Source: an uncultured Alphaproteobacteria bacterium (GTDB lineage: Bacteria; Pseudomonadota; Alphaproteobacteria; Rhizobiales; Beijerinckiaceae). Taken from it: a DNA stretch of 64,000 nt. The notes beneath the pieces are model-generated. The model was not told where the DNA came from, ran no database searches, and saw only the letters and a program-made list of their open reading frames with translations. The stretch is taken from assembly GCA_963704315.1 (NCBI GenBank), contig OY969887.1:1907069-1971068 (forward strand), read 5' to 3'. This document shows, in pieces, positions 1 through 9,607 of this stretch. Every line of letters begins with the position of its first letter. The first letter of the stretch is position 1. The translations under genes and the position numbers were made by a program.

Positions 1-389
1 GCGGCCTCGCCACGATCTACGCCATGCGTTACGGGGTCCTCCCTTTGGCACGTCGAGTCGGCGGCACTGCCGACAGTGTCGTTGACGCAACGCTCGACAA
101 CATTCAGGCCGGAACCGCTACCGGCTTTTTGTTTGACGAGCCGAGCGCCGACCATTTGATCGCATGCATGATGCGTGCGCTTTCTTTATATCGTCAGCCG
201 ATCACCTGGCGAAGACTCCAGTCGAATGCCATGCGGCAGGATTTCGGATGGGAACGCTCGGCTCGGGCCTATGTCGATTTATATCGCGACGTGACGCCTG
301 GCGCGCCAAAGCCGGAAACCGAGCCGACAGAAATGGCCGGCGAGTCGAATTGCTCGAATTCCAATCGCATTGAACTGGTGGCCGGTTGA
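1..389 (+). CDS. glgA: glycogen synthase, C-terminal part (5' end outside window)
   Basis: The frame is open from the window edge. GLATIYAMRYGVLPLARRVGGTADSV and FGWERSARAYVDLY resemble the conserved GlgA C-terminus, and a glucan phosphorylase gene follows. Confidence 0.85.
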   Translation, partial: GLATIYAMRYGVLPLARRVGGTADSVVDATLDNIQAGTATGFLFDEPSADHLIACMMRALSLYRQPITWRRLQSNAMRQDFGWERSARAYVDLYRDVTPGAPKPETEPTEMAGESNCSNSNRIELVAG

Positions 390-537
390 CCGGTGCGCGG
401 CGCGACACGATAAGCCAAGCAAATGCGGATGCAGCGACTATGGGTAGGGAGCATCCAGGTTTAGGCCGACCGCGTTGCGAGGTTTGCGAATATGATTGGC
501 TCGCCGCGTTTCTCGGAAAAGCTGCCAGGGTCCTGCT

Positions 538-2238
538 ATGACGCCGCTCGATCCTTTCACGACGCGTACACATGTCGCCTATTTTTCCATGGAAATTGCC
601 ATCCGAGCGGAAATACACACCTATGCCGGCGGGTTGGGAGTCCTCGCCGGCGATACAGCGCGCTCCTGCGCCGACCTTGCATTGCCCCTGATCTTCGTCA
701 CTTTAGTCAACCGGGCGGGCTATTTCCAACAGCGCATCGATGCGAATGGGCGCCAGATCGAGGAGCCCGACTGGTGGGACCCTGCGAAGTTCTGTACGCC
801 GCTCGACGCGATGATCGCCATCGAAATCGAGGGGCACGCCGTGTGGATCCGGCCATGGCTCTATGTCCACACATGCCCACACGGTCACAACGTCCCGATC
901 CTTCTGCTCGATACCGACCTCGACCAGAATGGCAAGGAAGATCGAACGCTGACGCACTACCTCTATGGCGGCGATGAGAGCTATCGGCTCAAGCAGGAAA
1001 TCGTGCTCGGCATCGGGGGGCTCCGCCTATTGCCCGCGCTGGGGTTTTCTATCCACACTTACCACCTCAATGAGGGGCACGCTGCGCTGCTGACCCTCGA
1101 GCTGCTCAATCGCTACCGCGTTCCGGCCGAGGAACTGCAACCGGGCGAACCGGCCTACGACATCGCGCCTGTCCGCGAACGCTGCGTGTTCACGACCCAC
1201 ACGCCCGTCGAGGCCGGCCACGACAAATTTTCCTATGACCTGTTTCAGCGATTTCTTCCGGATTTCGTGGTCCTCGACGAACTCAAGCAGCTCGCTGGCC
1301 AGGACAAACTCAACATAACGCGCCTCGCGTTGAACTTGTCCGGTTATATCAACGGCGTGGCGCGCCGTCATGCCGAGACGACGGAACACATGTTTCCAGG
1401 ATACCAGATCCACGCCATCACAAATGGAGTTCACGTCGGAACCTGGACCCACGAGGCTTTCGCGCGTCTTTATCAAAAGAACTTCCGGCATTGGCACCAT
1501 GAGCCGGAGATTCTGGTCCGCGCACTCCAACTCGACGAGGATGAGATCTGGCGGTGCCACCAAGCGGCAAAAGCCGATCTCATCAGTCGCGTCAAAGCAA
1601 TCGCCGGCGTCTCCCTCGATCCTGGCTCTCTGATCATCGGCTTCGCGCGACGCATGACAGGCTACAAGAGGCCGCTGTTGCTGTTCAGCGATGTGAATCG
1701 GTTGACCGCGCTGGCGGCGCAGCATCCTTTCCAAGTGGTCATGGCCGGCAAAGCGCATCCAAAAGATAATGAGGGAAGACAGGAAATCGAGCGCCTCCAC
1801 TTGCTCGCTCATCAGCTGGAGGGCAAGCTGACATGCGTGTTCTTGCCTAATTATGATATGGAGATTGCCAAGACCCTCGTTGCCGGCAGCGACGTCTGGC
1901 TCAACACGCCGTTGCCGCCGTTCGAAGCATCGGGGACGAGCGGAATGAAAGCAGCATTGAACGGCGTTCTCAACTTCAGCACTCTCGACGGTTGGTGGCT
2001 TGAGGCCTGCATAGACAATGTGAACGGATGGGCGATCGGCGTCGACGGCGATGGTGGCTCCAGCGAGCGCCATGCCGCGATCTTGTACGAAAAGCTCGCT
2101 TCCGCCGTTCTGCCTCTCTATTACGACCAGCCGGCGCGCTGGCGATGGATGATGAAGCAGGCTATCGGAAACATAGCGTACTATTTCAATAGCCAGCGCA
2201 TGATGCGGCGCTACGCGGCGGAAGCCTATTTGCGTTGA
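538..2238 (+). CDS. glgP: alpha-glucan phosphorylase (short GT35 type)
   Basis: The 580-aa ORF carries MEIAIRAEIHTYAGGLGVLAGDTARS, LNEGHAALL and GTSGMKAALNG, typical of the alpha-glucan phosphorylase family. I prefer the ATG at 538 over the TTG at 496. Confidence 0.88.
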   Translation: MTPLDPFTTRTHVAYFSMEIAIRAEIHTYAGGLGVLAGDTARSCADLALPLIFVTLVNRAGYFQQRIDANGRQIEEPDWWDPAKFCTPLDAMIAIEIEGHAVWIRPWLYVHTCPHGHNVPILLLDTDLDQNGKEDRTLTHYLYGGDESYRLKQEIVLGIGGLRLLPALGFSIHTYHLNEGHAALLTLELLNRYRVPAEELQPGEPAYDIAPVRERCVFTTHTPVEAGHDKFSYDLFQRFLPDFVVLDELKQLAGQDKLNITRLALNLSGYINGVARRHAETTEHMFPGYQIHAITNGVHVGTWTHEAFARLYQKNFRHWHHEPEILVRALQLDEDEIWRCHQAAKADLISRVKAIAGVSLDPGSLIIGFARRMTGYKRPLLLFSDVNRLTALAAQHPFQVVMAGKAHPKDNEGRQEIERLHLLAHQLEGKLTCVFLPNYDMEIAKTLVAGSDVWLNTPLPPFEASGTSGMKAALNGVLNFSTLDGWWLEACIDNVNGWAIGVDGDGGSSERHAAILYEKLASAVLPLYYDQPARWRWMMKQAIGNIAYYFNSQRMMRRYAAEAYLR

Positions 2239-2539
2239 TCCATCGCATGACGCGAGATAGTTTCAAGGCAGAGCATTCACATTTTGACTTTGACCGAGCC
2301 GCTGACAGGTCCTTAACTTTCCCCGGTCCATCCGCAAGACGCCCCCCAACGTCTCGAATGTTGATTTGCTTTCGCCGACGCGACTCGAACCATCGAGATT
2401 GCGAATTTAGGAAAAGCCCGTGGTTGCTCCGATCATCGGCGCACTCATAGAGCCTCGCCCATGGGCCGTCTTCGTTCCTTACAGCGGATTGCACCTGCCC
2501 TCGGTCTCCGCCGCGATGGCGGTCGTTGCGACCGCGACC

Positions 2540-2568
2540 CTTCTTGGGCGCGCGTTGCGCCCAAGAAG
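2540..2568. other. perfect hairpin with 12-bp stem and 5-nt loop, in a non-coding gap
   Basis: cttcttgggcgc / gcgtt / gcgcccaagaag, read directly from the sequence. No U-tract follows on either strand. Confidence 0.9.
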
Positions 2569-3174
2569 AGCGGAAGCGACGCTACGATGTTGTGAACAAG
2601 CACCGAAGAGGCACCCCATCCAAAGTCATCATAGCTTATTGATTCGGTTTAGAGAGTTTGTTCCCAGGTGGGGTCCCTATCGGCACCGATCACGCCCCCT
2701 GCGTGAGCCCGATTGCTGATGCTAAATCAACCTGGGAGCTCGCTTTTCTCGTGCGGCCCCACTTCGGTGCTTGTTGACAGCGATCGGCACCGGGACACCG
2801 CGCTGATTAGCACCCTGGCCACCTCCGCCGGGGCGGACCCGTCGCGTAGAGCTCTACGCCCACGCCCGCTAACTGGCCTGGTTTTCCTCCGCCCCAGTGG
2901 CCGGCTTTTGCTCTGCCGTTGACACCCTGCTTGTCACGGGATTAACGCTCTTAGGCCGGAACCGCCCTTCCTATTCCAGGGAGGCGCTCGCAAGGCAGCG
3001 CATCGGCGTTGCCAAACGGGGCCCTTGGAGTGCATCAGCACTCCCGAAACCGCCGATCAGAACCGCGCAGCCGCTCGATGGCGGTAGTTCATATCGCTAC
3101 ACTAGCGCAAACAACGGAACCTGGAAGTTGGCGGAATAAGGCCGTCTTGACAGCCTGAGACATAGGGACTGGAT

Positions 3175-4185
3175 TTGGAACAAAGCCCCCATCAAACTTC
3201 CCAAAAGCGCGCGCTGATTTGTGGGATTTCGGGACAAGACGGCACCTATCTCGCGCATCTGTTGCTGTCGAAAGGCTATGAAGTCGTCGGGACCTCGCGC
3301 GACGCGGAAATGTCGCGCTTCAACAATCTTGCTCTACTCGGCATTCGCGAGCGCCTGACCTTGCGTTCGATGACACTCAACGACTTTCGTAGCGTGTTGC
3401 AAGTGCTGAGCGAGGTCGAACCTGCGGAGGTCTATAATCTCGCCGGACAAAGCTCCGTCGGCCTCTCGTTCCAACAGCCGGTCGAGACGCTCGAAAGCAT
3501 TGCTTTCGGGACGCTCAACCTGCTTGAGGCGATCCGATTTTTGGGTCGTCCACTGCATCTCTACAATGCCACCTCGGGGGAATGTTTCGGCGAAACAACG
3601 GCGGAGTCTCCGGCGCATGAAGCGAGCCCGTTCCGCCCGCGCAGTCCCTATGGGGTCGCAAAGGCCGCGGCTTTCTGGGAAGTGGCAAATTATCGCGAAG
3701 CCTATGATATTTTTGCCTGCTCCGGCCTCCTGTTCAATCACGAGTCGATCTTACGACCAACGCGCTTCGTGACGCGCAAAGTGGTGCAGACAGCTTGTCG
3801 TATTGCGGCGGGATCGGCGGAACGTCTCAGCATCGGCGAGACGCGGGTTGTGCGGGACTGGGGTTACGCACCCGAATATGTCGAGGCCATGTGGCTCATG
3901 CTGCAGCAGCCGGAGCCTGTAGACTATGTGATCGCGAGCGGCGAAAGCCATTCCCTCGCGGAGTTCATCGCCGCCTGTTTCGAAGAGGTGGGATTGGACT
4001 GGCGTGACCACACCGATACGGATCCTTCGTTTTTCCGCACCACCGATATTCTCCAAAGCCATGCCGATCCGACCCTGGCGTTCGACCAGCTTGGATGGCA
4101 AGCGAAGATACGCATGCGTGATCTCGTCGCCCGTCTTGTCGCGGACGAATGCGCAGCGTCGGAACGCGTTGTATCGAAAGGGTGA
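3175..4185 (+). CDS. gmd: GDP-mannose 4,6-dehydratase family enzyme
   Basis: The N-terminal Rossmann motif is ICGISGQDGTYLAHLLL. It also has SPYGVAKAAA (YxxxK) and FNHESILRPTRFVTRK, which is typical of Gmd. The start is a TTG. Confidence 0.85.
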   Translation: MEQSPHQTSQKRALICGISGQDGTYLAHLLLSKGYEVVGTSRDAEMSRFNNLALLGIRERLTLRSMTLNDFRSVLQVLSEVEPAEVYNLAGQSSVGLSFQQPVETLESIAFGTLNLLEAIRFLGRPLHLYNATSGECFGETTAESPAHEASPFRPRSPYGVAKAAAFWEVANYREAYDIFACSGLLFNHESILRPTRFVTRKVVQTACRIAAGSAERLSIGETRVVRDWGYAPEYVEAMWLMLQQPEPVDYVIASGESHSLAEFIAACFEEVGLDWRDHTDTDPSFFRTTDILQSHADPTLAFDQLGWQAKIRMRDLVARLVADECAASERVVSKG

Positions 4186-4312
4186 CTGAGGTGGTTAGCG
4201 AGAGCGCACGTGGGCAGAAAAAAGGCGATCATTGCAATTTTGTCCCAATGCACATATCGAAGTAAAAAATCAATTGATCGTCTGAGGGTCGGACGGACTT
4301 AAGTGGCCTGAT

Positions 4313-5533
4313 TTGAAAACGTTTAACAGTTCTATTCGGGGGACATTTCCAGTGCATGCGATTGTTGAGGGAGCCGAGGCGGTTCCGACGCGCTCAAAAC
4401 CAGGATATCTCTTTGTCATTTGTTCGGGCAATCAGCTTTACTCCGGTACGGGAACCGCAATCTTCGAATGGATCCGGTATGCGAAAGATCATTTTCGGTT
4501 CGGGCTGCTGATGGATTGCACAGAGCGACGAAACTTCGACATCGGCAAAAAATTCTGTGCCGACAACGGTGTCAAATTCATTCCTGAAGTCCCCGCGCCG
4601 AAATTGGGCGCTTGCGACCCCGGCGTGGCGCGGATCGCTCATTATCTGAGATCGGGTGATTGGCCCTATGTGGAAATTGTCAGCTGGGCGAACGCCGCCA
4701 CGAATATTGACGTTGTCACATCGGTGCCAAACGAGACAAAACTCATCTTCACTCCGCACAACCAACCTAAGTGGACAATTGCGGACAGTGAACGCCATTT
4801 TCTGATCGAGCCGGTGTTGCAACTTTGTCTCAAACGCGCTGATGTCGTTGCTTGCGATTGCCCCGCGGAGGTGGCTACCCTCCGCGACAAAGTCCCCGAA
4901 GCTCGGGCGCTTGATCTGCCTATAGGTGTGGATGACAAGAAGTTCCGCCTTTCTCATTCGCCGAAGGAGCGTCAGCAAGTCTTATTGATCTGCGACTTTT
5001 TTGAGCATCGTAAGCGGCCCGATCTCGCGATTGCGGCTATGCAACGCGTAATGGCGAGACACAATGTAAGTTTTGTTATGGCAGGACGGGGTTCCGACAG
5101 TATATCCCTTCCTGCCTCGATCGAATCGCGGACAACACGCCTGGGCTATGTGAATGAAGCTGATTTGCTCTCGCTCTATCAACGATCGTCAGTTTTCCTT
5201 CTGTTATCGGATTACGAAGCCTTTGGAATACCCATTGTCGAGGCGCTTTTTTGCGGAACGCGAGTCGTCATCAATGATACACGCGAAATGCATTCGCTTT
5301 ACGCGGATTTGCCGGGAGTGCGATTGGTCAACAATCGTGACGATGCCGCGGTCGATTCTGCTATTTTAGCGGCCCTTGAGGAGAATGATCGCTCAGCATT
5401 GATCCGTGACGCTGCCGTGGTCAAATTTGCTGTAGAAAACGCCTTCGGACGGAAACTCGCAGCGATCAAAGAAAGCCACGCTCACATGCCTCAAAGTGAA
5501 TCGAGACTGTACGTAGCAGATGTTGTGCTATGA
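4313..5533 (+). CDS. glycosyltransferase (GT4-like)
   Basis: The C-terminal half has RKRPDLAIAAM...VMAGRG...SDYEAFGIPIVEALFCGTRVV, a GT4 E-x7-E-type motif. Its stop overlaps the next start (ATGA). Confidence 0.8.
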   Translation: MKTFNSSIRGTFPVHAIVEGAEAVPTRSKPGYLFVICSGNQLYSGTGTAIFEWIRYAKDHFRFGLLMDCTERRNFDIGKKFCADNGVKFIPEVPAPKLGACDPGVARIAHYLRSGDWPYVEIVSWANAATNIDVVTSVPNETKLIFTPHNQPKWTIADSERHFLIEPVLQLCLKRADVVACDCPAEVATLRDKVPEARALDLPIGVDDKKFRLSHSPKERQQVLLICDFFEHRKRPDLAIAAMQRVMARHNVSFVMAGRGSDSISLPASIESRTTRLGYVNEADLLSLYQRSSVFLLLSDYEAFGIPIVEALFCGTRVVINDTREMHSLYADLPGVRLVNNRDDAAVDSAILAALEENDRSALIRDAAVVKFAVENAFGRKLAAIKESHAHMPQSESRLYVADVVL

Positions 5534-6624
5534 AAATTATCCATGTCACCCCAACATATTTCGCTGATTCATCGGTGATTGGCGGGGGCGAGCGCTACGT
5601 CAACAATGTCTGCAAGGCTCTCAATCTCCAAGGCTCGATTTCGCGGAGCGACATTCTGAGTTTCGGCCCTAAAGCCTGCGAGATAAGCTTCCTGCCGAAA
5701 TCACTTCTGCGAATTGCACCGGCTCAACCCGCCAAATCATTTGGCGAAGTGAATGCATATGTCAATTCTGGCCTTCGCGACTATCTCGCGGAATATGACG
5801 TCGTGCACATTCATCAATGTCTGACTCCTTTTGGCCTCTTCGTGGCATCTCACGCGCGGCTGCTTGGAAAAAAGGTAATCGGTACAGATCATGGAGGCGG
5901 TGAGACACCGTTGTTCCTTTCACATCCATTTCTTTTCGATGTCTTCGATATCTTGCATTCACAATCCGATTTTGCTGCCGCCGCCTTTGCTGACGCATCA
6001 TTTCGTTCTCGCGTTATCAAGGGGCCGATGGATGACGAGAAATTCATGCTCGCGCACGCCGAGGATCGCGATCCTAGATTATTCATCGCGATAGGGCGTA
6101 TTCTTCCGCACAAAGGATTTGAAAATTTGATAGACACATTGCCTGAACAATGCAGGCTGATCATCGTAGGACGGGTTGGTGACACCGAATATTTCCAACT
6201 CCTAAGGTCTCGCGTCGGCAATAAGCAGATTGAATTCGCATCTTCGCTTGACGACGCCGCTCTCCTCGCACTCATTCGCCAGGCGGGCCTATGTCTTCAC
6301 GCAAGTGTCCGCGTCGGTTTCCGGGGTGATCTATATCTCAAAGCTGAGCTTCTGGGATTGGCGCCTCTCGAATGCATGTCGACCGGTATGCCGGCGATTT
6401 GCAGCCAAACAGCAGCACTTCGGGAACTCGGCCAACTGCAAGGATGCCGGACATATCAAACGAAGGACGAACTGGCCGATCTTCTGTATCGTTACGTGAC
6501 CGGGTCGCTCAATTTTCCGCAAGAAGACGTCATCAGGGAGGATGCAAGAAAATATTATGGACTGGAGCAATTCGGCAGGCACTATCTTGCCGCGATCAAC
6601 GACGGTTCGCCATGCGCATCCTGA
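5530..6624 (+). CDS. glycosyltransferase (GT4-like)
   Basis: IGRILPHKGFENLI...IIVGRVGD...LGLAPLECMSTGMPAI. It is translationally coupled to both neighbours. Confidence 0.8.
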   Translation: MKIIHVTPTYFADSSVIGGGERYVNNVCKALNLQGSISRSDILSFGPKACEISFLPKSLLRIAPAQPAKSFGEVNAYVNSGLRDYLAEYDVVHIHQCLTPFGLFVASHARLLGKKVIGTDHGGGETPLFLSHPFLFDVFDILHSQSDFAAAAFADASFRSRVIKGPMDDEKFMLAHAEDRDPRLFIAIGRILPHKGFENLIDTLPEQCRLIIVGRVGDTEYFQLLRSRVGNKQIEFASSLDDAALLALIRQAGLCLHASVRVGFRGDLYLKAELLGLAPLECMSTGMPAICSQTAALRELGQLQGCRTYQTKDELADLLYRYVTGSLNFPQEDVIREDARKYYGLEQFGRHYLAAINDGSPCAS

Positions 6625-7862
6625 TCATAAGCAATATTTTCCCTCCCGATTTCATCGGCGGCTATGAGCTCATGGCATTCGATGTCGCGAGTGAATTTGC
6701 TGCCCGCGGCCATGAGGTGCTTGTCGCGACCTCTCCGCTCATGACAGCTTTGAAGCCCGAATTGAACAGCAGTTTACGCGTCGCGCGCGTCCTGCATGGT
6801 GTGTCGCTCTCAGTTGAACCCGACAGGCACGATCATTTTAGCTATGGAGTTTGTATAAATCTGAGGAACTTAGCAACGTTGAATGACCTTCTGATCGGGT
6901 TCAATCCGGACTCGATATACTGCTTCAACCTAACGGGTCTTGGAGCGGCCGGTTTGCTATGGTTTCTGATCAAGTCGGGATACAAGCCCATAGTACATCT
7001 GGCGGACAACATCTTTGCTCAGTGGGAATTGGATCACCCCGATCGCTTTGATCGGTTTAGTTCTTATTTTGGGTTGGAGGTTCTAGCCGATGGTGTGTCT
7101 TGGATTGCAATGTCTGATACTGTTTGGCGCCAAGTGGTTGGCAGTCTTGCAATCACCCCGCCGAATGTGACATTCGTTCCGGGATGGGTTCGGCACAGGT
7201 TTGAGGTTGACAAAAACGCTACAATACGTTCAGCCGACGGCCTGAGCAAATTTGTATTCGCGTCCCGAGTGGCACCGCACAAAGGGATCCACCTCGTTCT
7301 GGACGCTGCCAAAGAATTGCTTAATCGAGGCGAAACGCAATTCATAATTGACGTTTACGGAGCGGGTGAAGTCGCTGAATGGACACAGCGCGCGAGCGCC
7401 CAACACGTTGACCAGCACGTCTTCTTCAAAGGTGCCGTCAAAAAGGACGATTTGATCACAACATTCCAACAATATGATGCCTTGTTATTCCCCACATGGG
7501 AACGAGAGCCGTTCGGACTGGTGGCTGCTGAAGCGGCAATGCAAGGCTGTATTCCGATTATGACTCAGTCCATGGGCGCGTCGGAATGGTTTCTCGACGG
7601 CAAGGATTGCATCAAGATTCCTCGCGAGAGCCCAGCGCTTGCCTTCGCCATACAGAAGATCATCTCGATGGACGTTGAATCCAAATCGAAGCTTTCCGAG
7701 GCAATGAAATGGACAAGTCGGTCGATGTTCTCTTTCGATAATTGGTATCCGACACTGGAAGAGATTGCCATAAGGTCGCGGCGCGCTTTGCCTCTGGATG
7801 CCGAAAGACAAAGGCGTATCTTCGGTGCCACTTGTGCCCTGACGAGGCTTTGGAGAGAGTGA
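6612..7862 (+). CDS. glycosyltransferase (GT4-like)
   Basis: The ATG at 6612 gives MRILIISNIFPPDFIGGYEL. The C-terminal half has SRVAPHKGIHLVL...EREPFGLVAAEAAMQGCIPI. The ORF-track start at 6372 would overlap the upstream gene by about 250 nt. Confidence 0.8.
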   Translation: MRILIISNIFPPDFIGGYELMAFDVASEFAARGHEVLVATSPLMTALKPELNSSLRVARVLHGVSLSVEPDRHDHFSYGVCINLRNLATLNDLLIGFNPDSIYCFNLTGLGAAGLLWFLIKSGYKPIVHLADNIFAQWELDHPDRFDRFSSYFGLEVLADGVSWIAMSDTVWRQVVGSLAITPPNVTFVPGWVRHRFEVDKNATIRSADGLSKFVFASRVAPHKGIHLVLDAAKELLNRGETQFIIDVYGAGEVAEWTQRASAQHVDQHVFFKGAVKKDDLITTFQQYDALLFPTWEREPFGLVAAEAAMQGCIPIMTQSMGASEWFLDGKDCIKIPRESPALAFAIQKIISMDVESKSKLSEAMKWTSRSMFSFDNWYPTLEEIAIRSRRALPLDAERQRRIFGATCALTRLWRE

Positions 7863-8816
7863 ATGGCATTGCCGCGACTTCTGAGCGAATTCATCGCCGG
7901 ACTAACCTGGCCGCTGCGTGGACGCAGAGTCACGACGGCGCTGAGGCATGAGGTTCAACAAATTCAGTTTGAACGCGTGCGCGCGGAAGGATACCTAAAG
8001 GGCGAAGTCGCGGCCCTCGCCCACCAACTGGATATTGTCCGACAGACGCTGGAGAGCGGTCTTCAAGCAGAAGCACTTCGTTTTGGTTTTCCGGTTATAG
8101 TTGTATCAGATGTTGGACCACTCGTGGTCAGATCAGGAGATCTAATAGGAGAGCATTTGCGTCAAGGCCAGCTGTGGGATAAACATCTCATTCCCATCAT
8201 TGCTGAATCCGCTCGGCAAGGCGCCATGGCAATTGATGCCGGCGCCCATTTTGGAACGGTCTCTGCAATATTGTCTGACTATTTTGATACCGTACATTCT
8301 TTTGAAGCCAATCGTTCGACATTCAAATATCTCATTTCAAACGCGGCTTTCCGCCGAAAAGGAAAAATTATTCCGCACAACATCGCGTTATTCGATCGCA
8401 AGACTGAGCTGTCGCTCGCAGGTCCTGACGATCAGGAATGTACGCTCCCAGAGGCAGACACCCTAGAAGAGCGATTTGAACGTTTGGCAAATAGCGGCAG
8501 CCTCAAATTTTCCGAAAGCGGTTGCGCGGTCAACCTTATTCGCGCGCTTCCACTCAACTCGTTCGGCTTTACCGATGTGGGATTCATAAAGATCGATTGC
8601 CAGGGGGCTGACGGCCGCGTGATCAAGGGCGCGGAAGCAACGATTGCATCGTGCAAGCCGATCGTCGTCTTTGAATGGGAACCGTATTTGGCGGAAGAAT
8701 ACGGAGTGTCTTTAGATGAGGTAAAAGAACTGTTTGGACAATTGGATTATTCGGTGGAACTCTTGTTCGAACATAACCAAAAGCAACGCGATTACGTCGC
8801 AAGGCCTAAGCTATGA
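7863..8816 (+). CDS. FkbM-family SAM-dependent methyltransferase
   Basis: IDAGAHFGTVS...SFEAN...IKIDCQGADGRVIKGA...IVVFEWEP is the FkbM signature. The gene starts one nucleotide after the upstream stop. Confidence 0.85.
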   Translation: MALPRLLSEFIAGLTWPLRGRRVTTALRHEVQQIQFERVRAEGYLKGEVAALAHQLDIVRQTLESGLQAEALRFGFPVIVVSDVGPLVVRSGDLIGEHLRQGQLWDKHLIPIIAESARQGAMAIDAGAHFGTVSAILSDYFDTVHSFEANRSTFKYLISNAAFRRKGKIIPHNIALFDRKTELSLAGPDDQECTLPEADTLEERFERLANSGSLKFSESGCAVNLIRALPLNSFGFTDVGFIKIDCQGADGRVIKGAEATIASCKPIVVFEWEPYLAEEYGVSLDEVKELFGQLDYSVELLFEHNQKQRDYVARPKL

Positions 8817-8844
8817 CATATTATATTTATAGGTTTCTTCCTTT

Positions 8845-8934
8845 ATGAGCCGTAGCAGACGCTCCGTGGCCGCGTTATACAATCGCAAACGGCCACATTC
8901 GAGCCTTGACCGGCGCATGCCGGACGAGGCTTAG
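8845..8934 (+). pseudogene. remnant of the C-terminal end of an IS3-type (rve integrase) transposase
   Basis: A 29-codon frame ends in LYNRKRPHSSLDRRMPDEA*, the conserved tail of DDE/rve transposases. No upstream catalytic domain is present. Confidence 0.5.
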
Positions 8935-8975
8935 TTCGATCCGTCGCCCTACGCGGTGGCGGCATGACAGTCACC

Positions 8976-9038
8976 GTCGCGGATAGGGTGTGACTCCGGG
9001 AGGGCGTAGCCCGACCGGAGTCACACCCTATCCGCGAC
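8976..9038. repeat. perfect 24-bp inverted repeat with 15-nt loop
   Basis: gtcgcggatagggtgtgactccgg ... ccggagtcacaccctatccgcgac. It lies between two IS remnants. Confidence 0.95.
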
Positions 9039-9115
9039 AACTTGCAACGAAACAAACCCGGCAGAACACCACTTATCATTCGCAGGAGACTGTTCAGACA
9101 AACGGAGCCAGCTCT

Positions 9116-9205
9116 GCTCTCGCCGTCCTGCACACGCTTGACGACGCGCATGCGCATTTCTTCGAGGGTCTTGTGATCAAGTTTGCGAGCATCCTTCTTT
9201 CTCAT
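9116..9205 (-). pseudogene. N-terminal HTH fragment of an IS630-like transposase
   Basis: MRKKDARKLDHKTLEEMRMRVVKRVQDGES resembles IS630-family HTH N-termini. The rest of the ORF (8843-9214) is not protein-like. Confidence 0.45.
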
Positions 9206-9327
9206 CCTCAACAAGAATCATTTCTTAATCGCGCAGGCGACAGAAATGTTGGATTACTTATGAACGGATTAATAGAGACATGTTCTAATGATCCTCACGG
9301 GCCCCGCTGTTGCCGACGTAGCGGGCT

Positions 9328-9531
9328 GTGTTCGCGTGGGTCAAAGACGACGTCACGGGGTTGGAAAAGAAAAAAGCCGGTCTGGAAGCCAACATCAAAG
9401 AATTGGAACAGCGTGGCGTCTTAGCCGCCATTGGCAAGTGTGGCGAGTGCGTGTGTTTTTGTGTTGAAGTTGATCCAAAGGCCGAGCCTGAGCACGGCGA
9501 CAATGGTAAGACCAGTCCCTCGCGAAGATGA
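9328..9531 (+). CDS. hypothetical small protein (weak call)
   Basis: A 67-aa ORF with a coiled-coil-like LEKKKAGLEANIKELEQRG and a Cys-rich GKCGECVCFCVEVD. I do not recognise a family, and it may be a gene fragment. Confidence 0.2.
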   Translation: MFAWVKDDVTGLEKKKAGLEANIKELEQRGVLAAIGKCGECVCFCVEVDPKAEPEHGDNGKTSPSRR

Positions 9532-9607
9532 TTGCCGTTCAAACGGTCAGCGAGGCCAGCCAGCTCCGGTGATTGTGGACCATGGGAACAATATCCTGCC
9601 GTCGGGG

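Noticed and set aside
3080-3087. GGCGGTAG, identical to the enterobacterial ops (RfaH recruitment) element of JUMPstart sequences, lies about 90 nt upstream of gmd at the head of the glycan operon.
   Set aside because: An 8-mer is expected about twice by chance in 128 kb of two-strand sequence. RfaH/ops control is not established in alphaproteobacteria, and I see no other JUMPstart features. It would be worth revisiting only if the genome encodes an RfaH-type NusG paralog.
8843-9214. A 123-aa minus-strand ORF from the track, considered as an intact gene.
   Set aside because: Only the first 33 or so residues look like a real protein (an IS630-type HTH). The rest reads through the 24-bp palindrome and an IS3 relic on the opposite strand, so it is called as a fragment instead.
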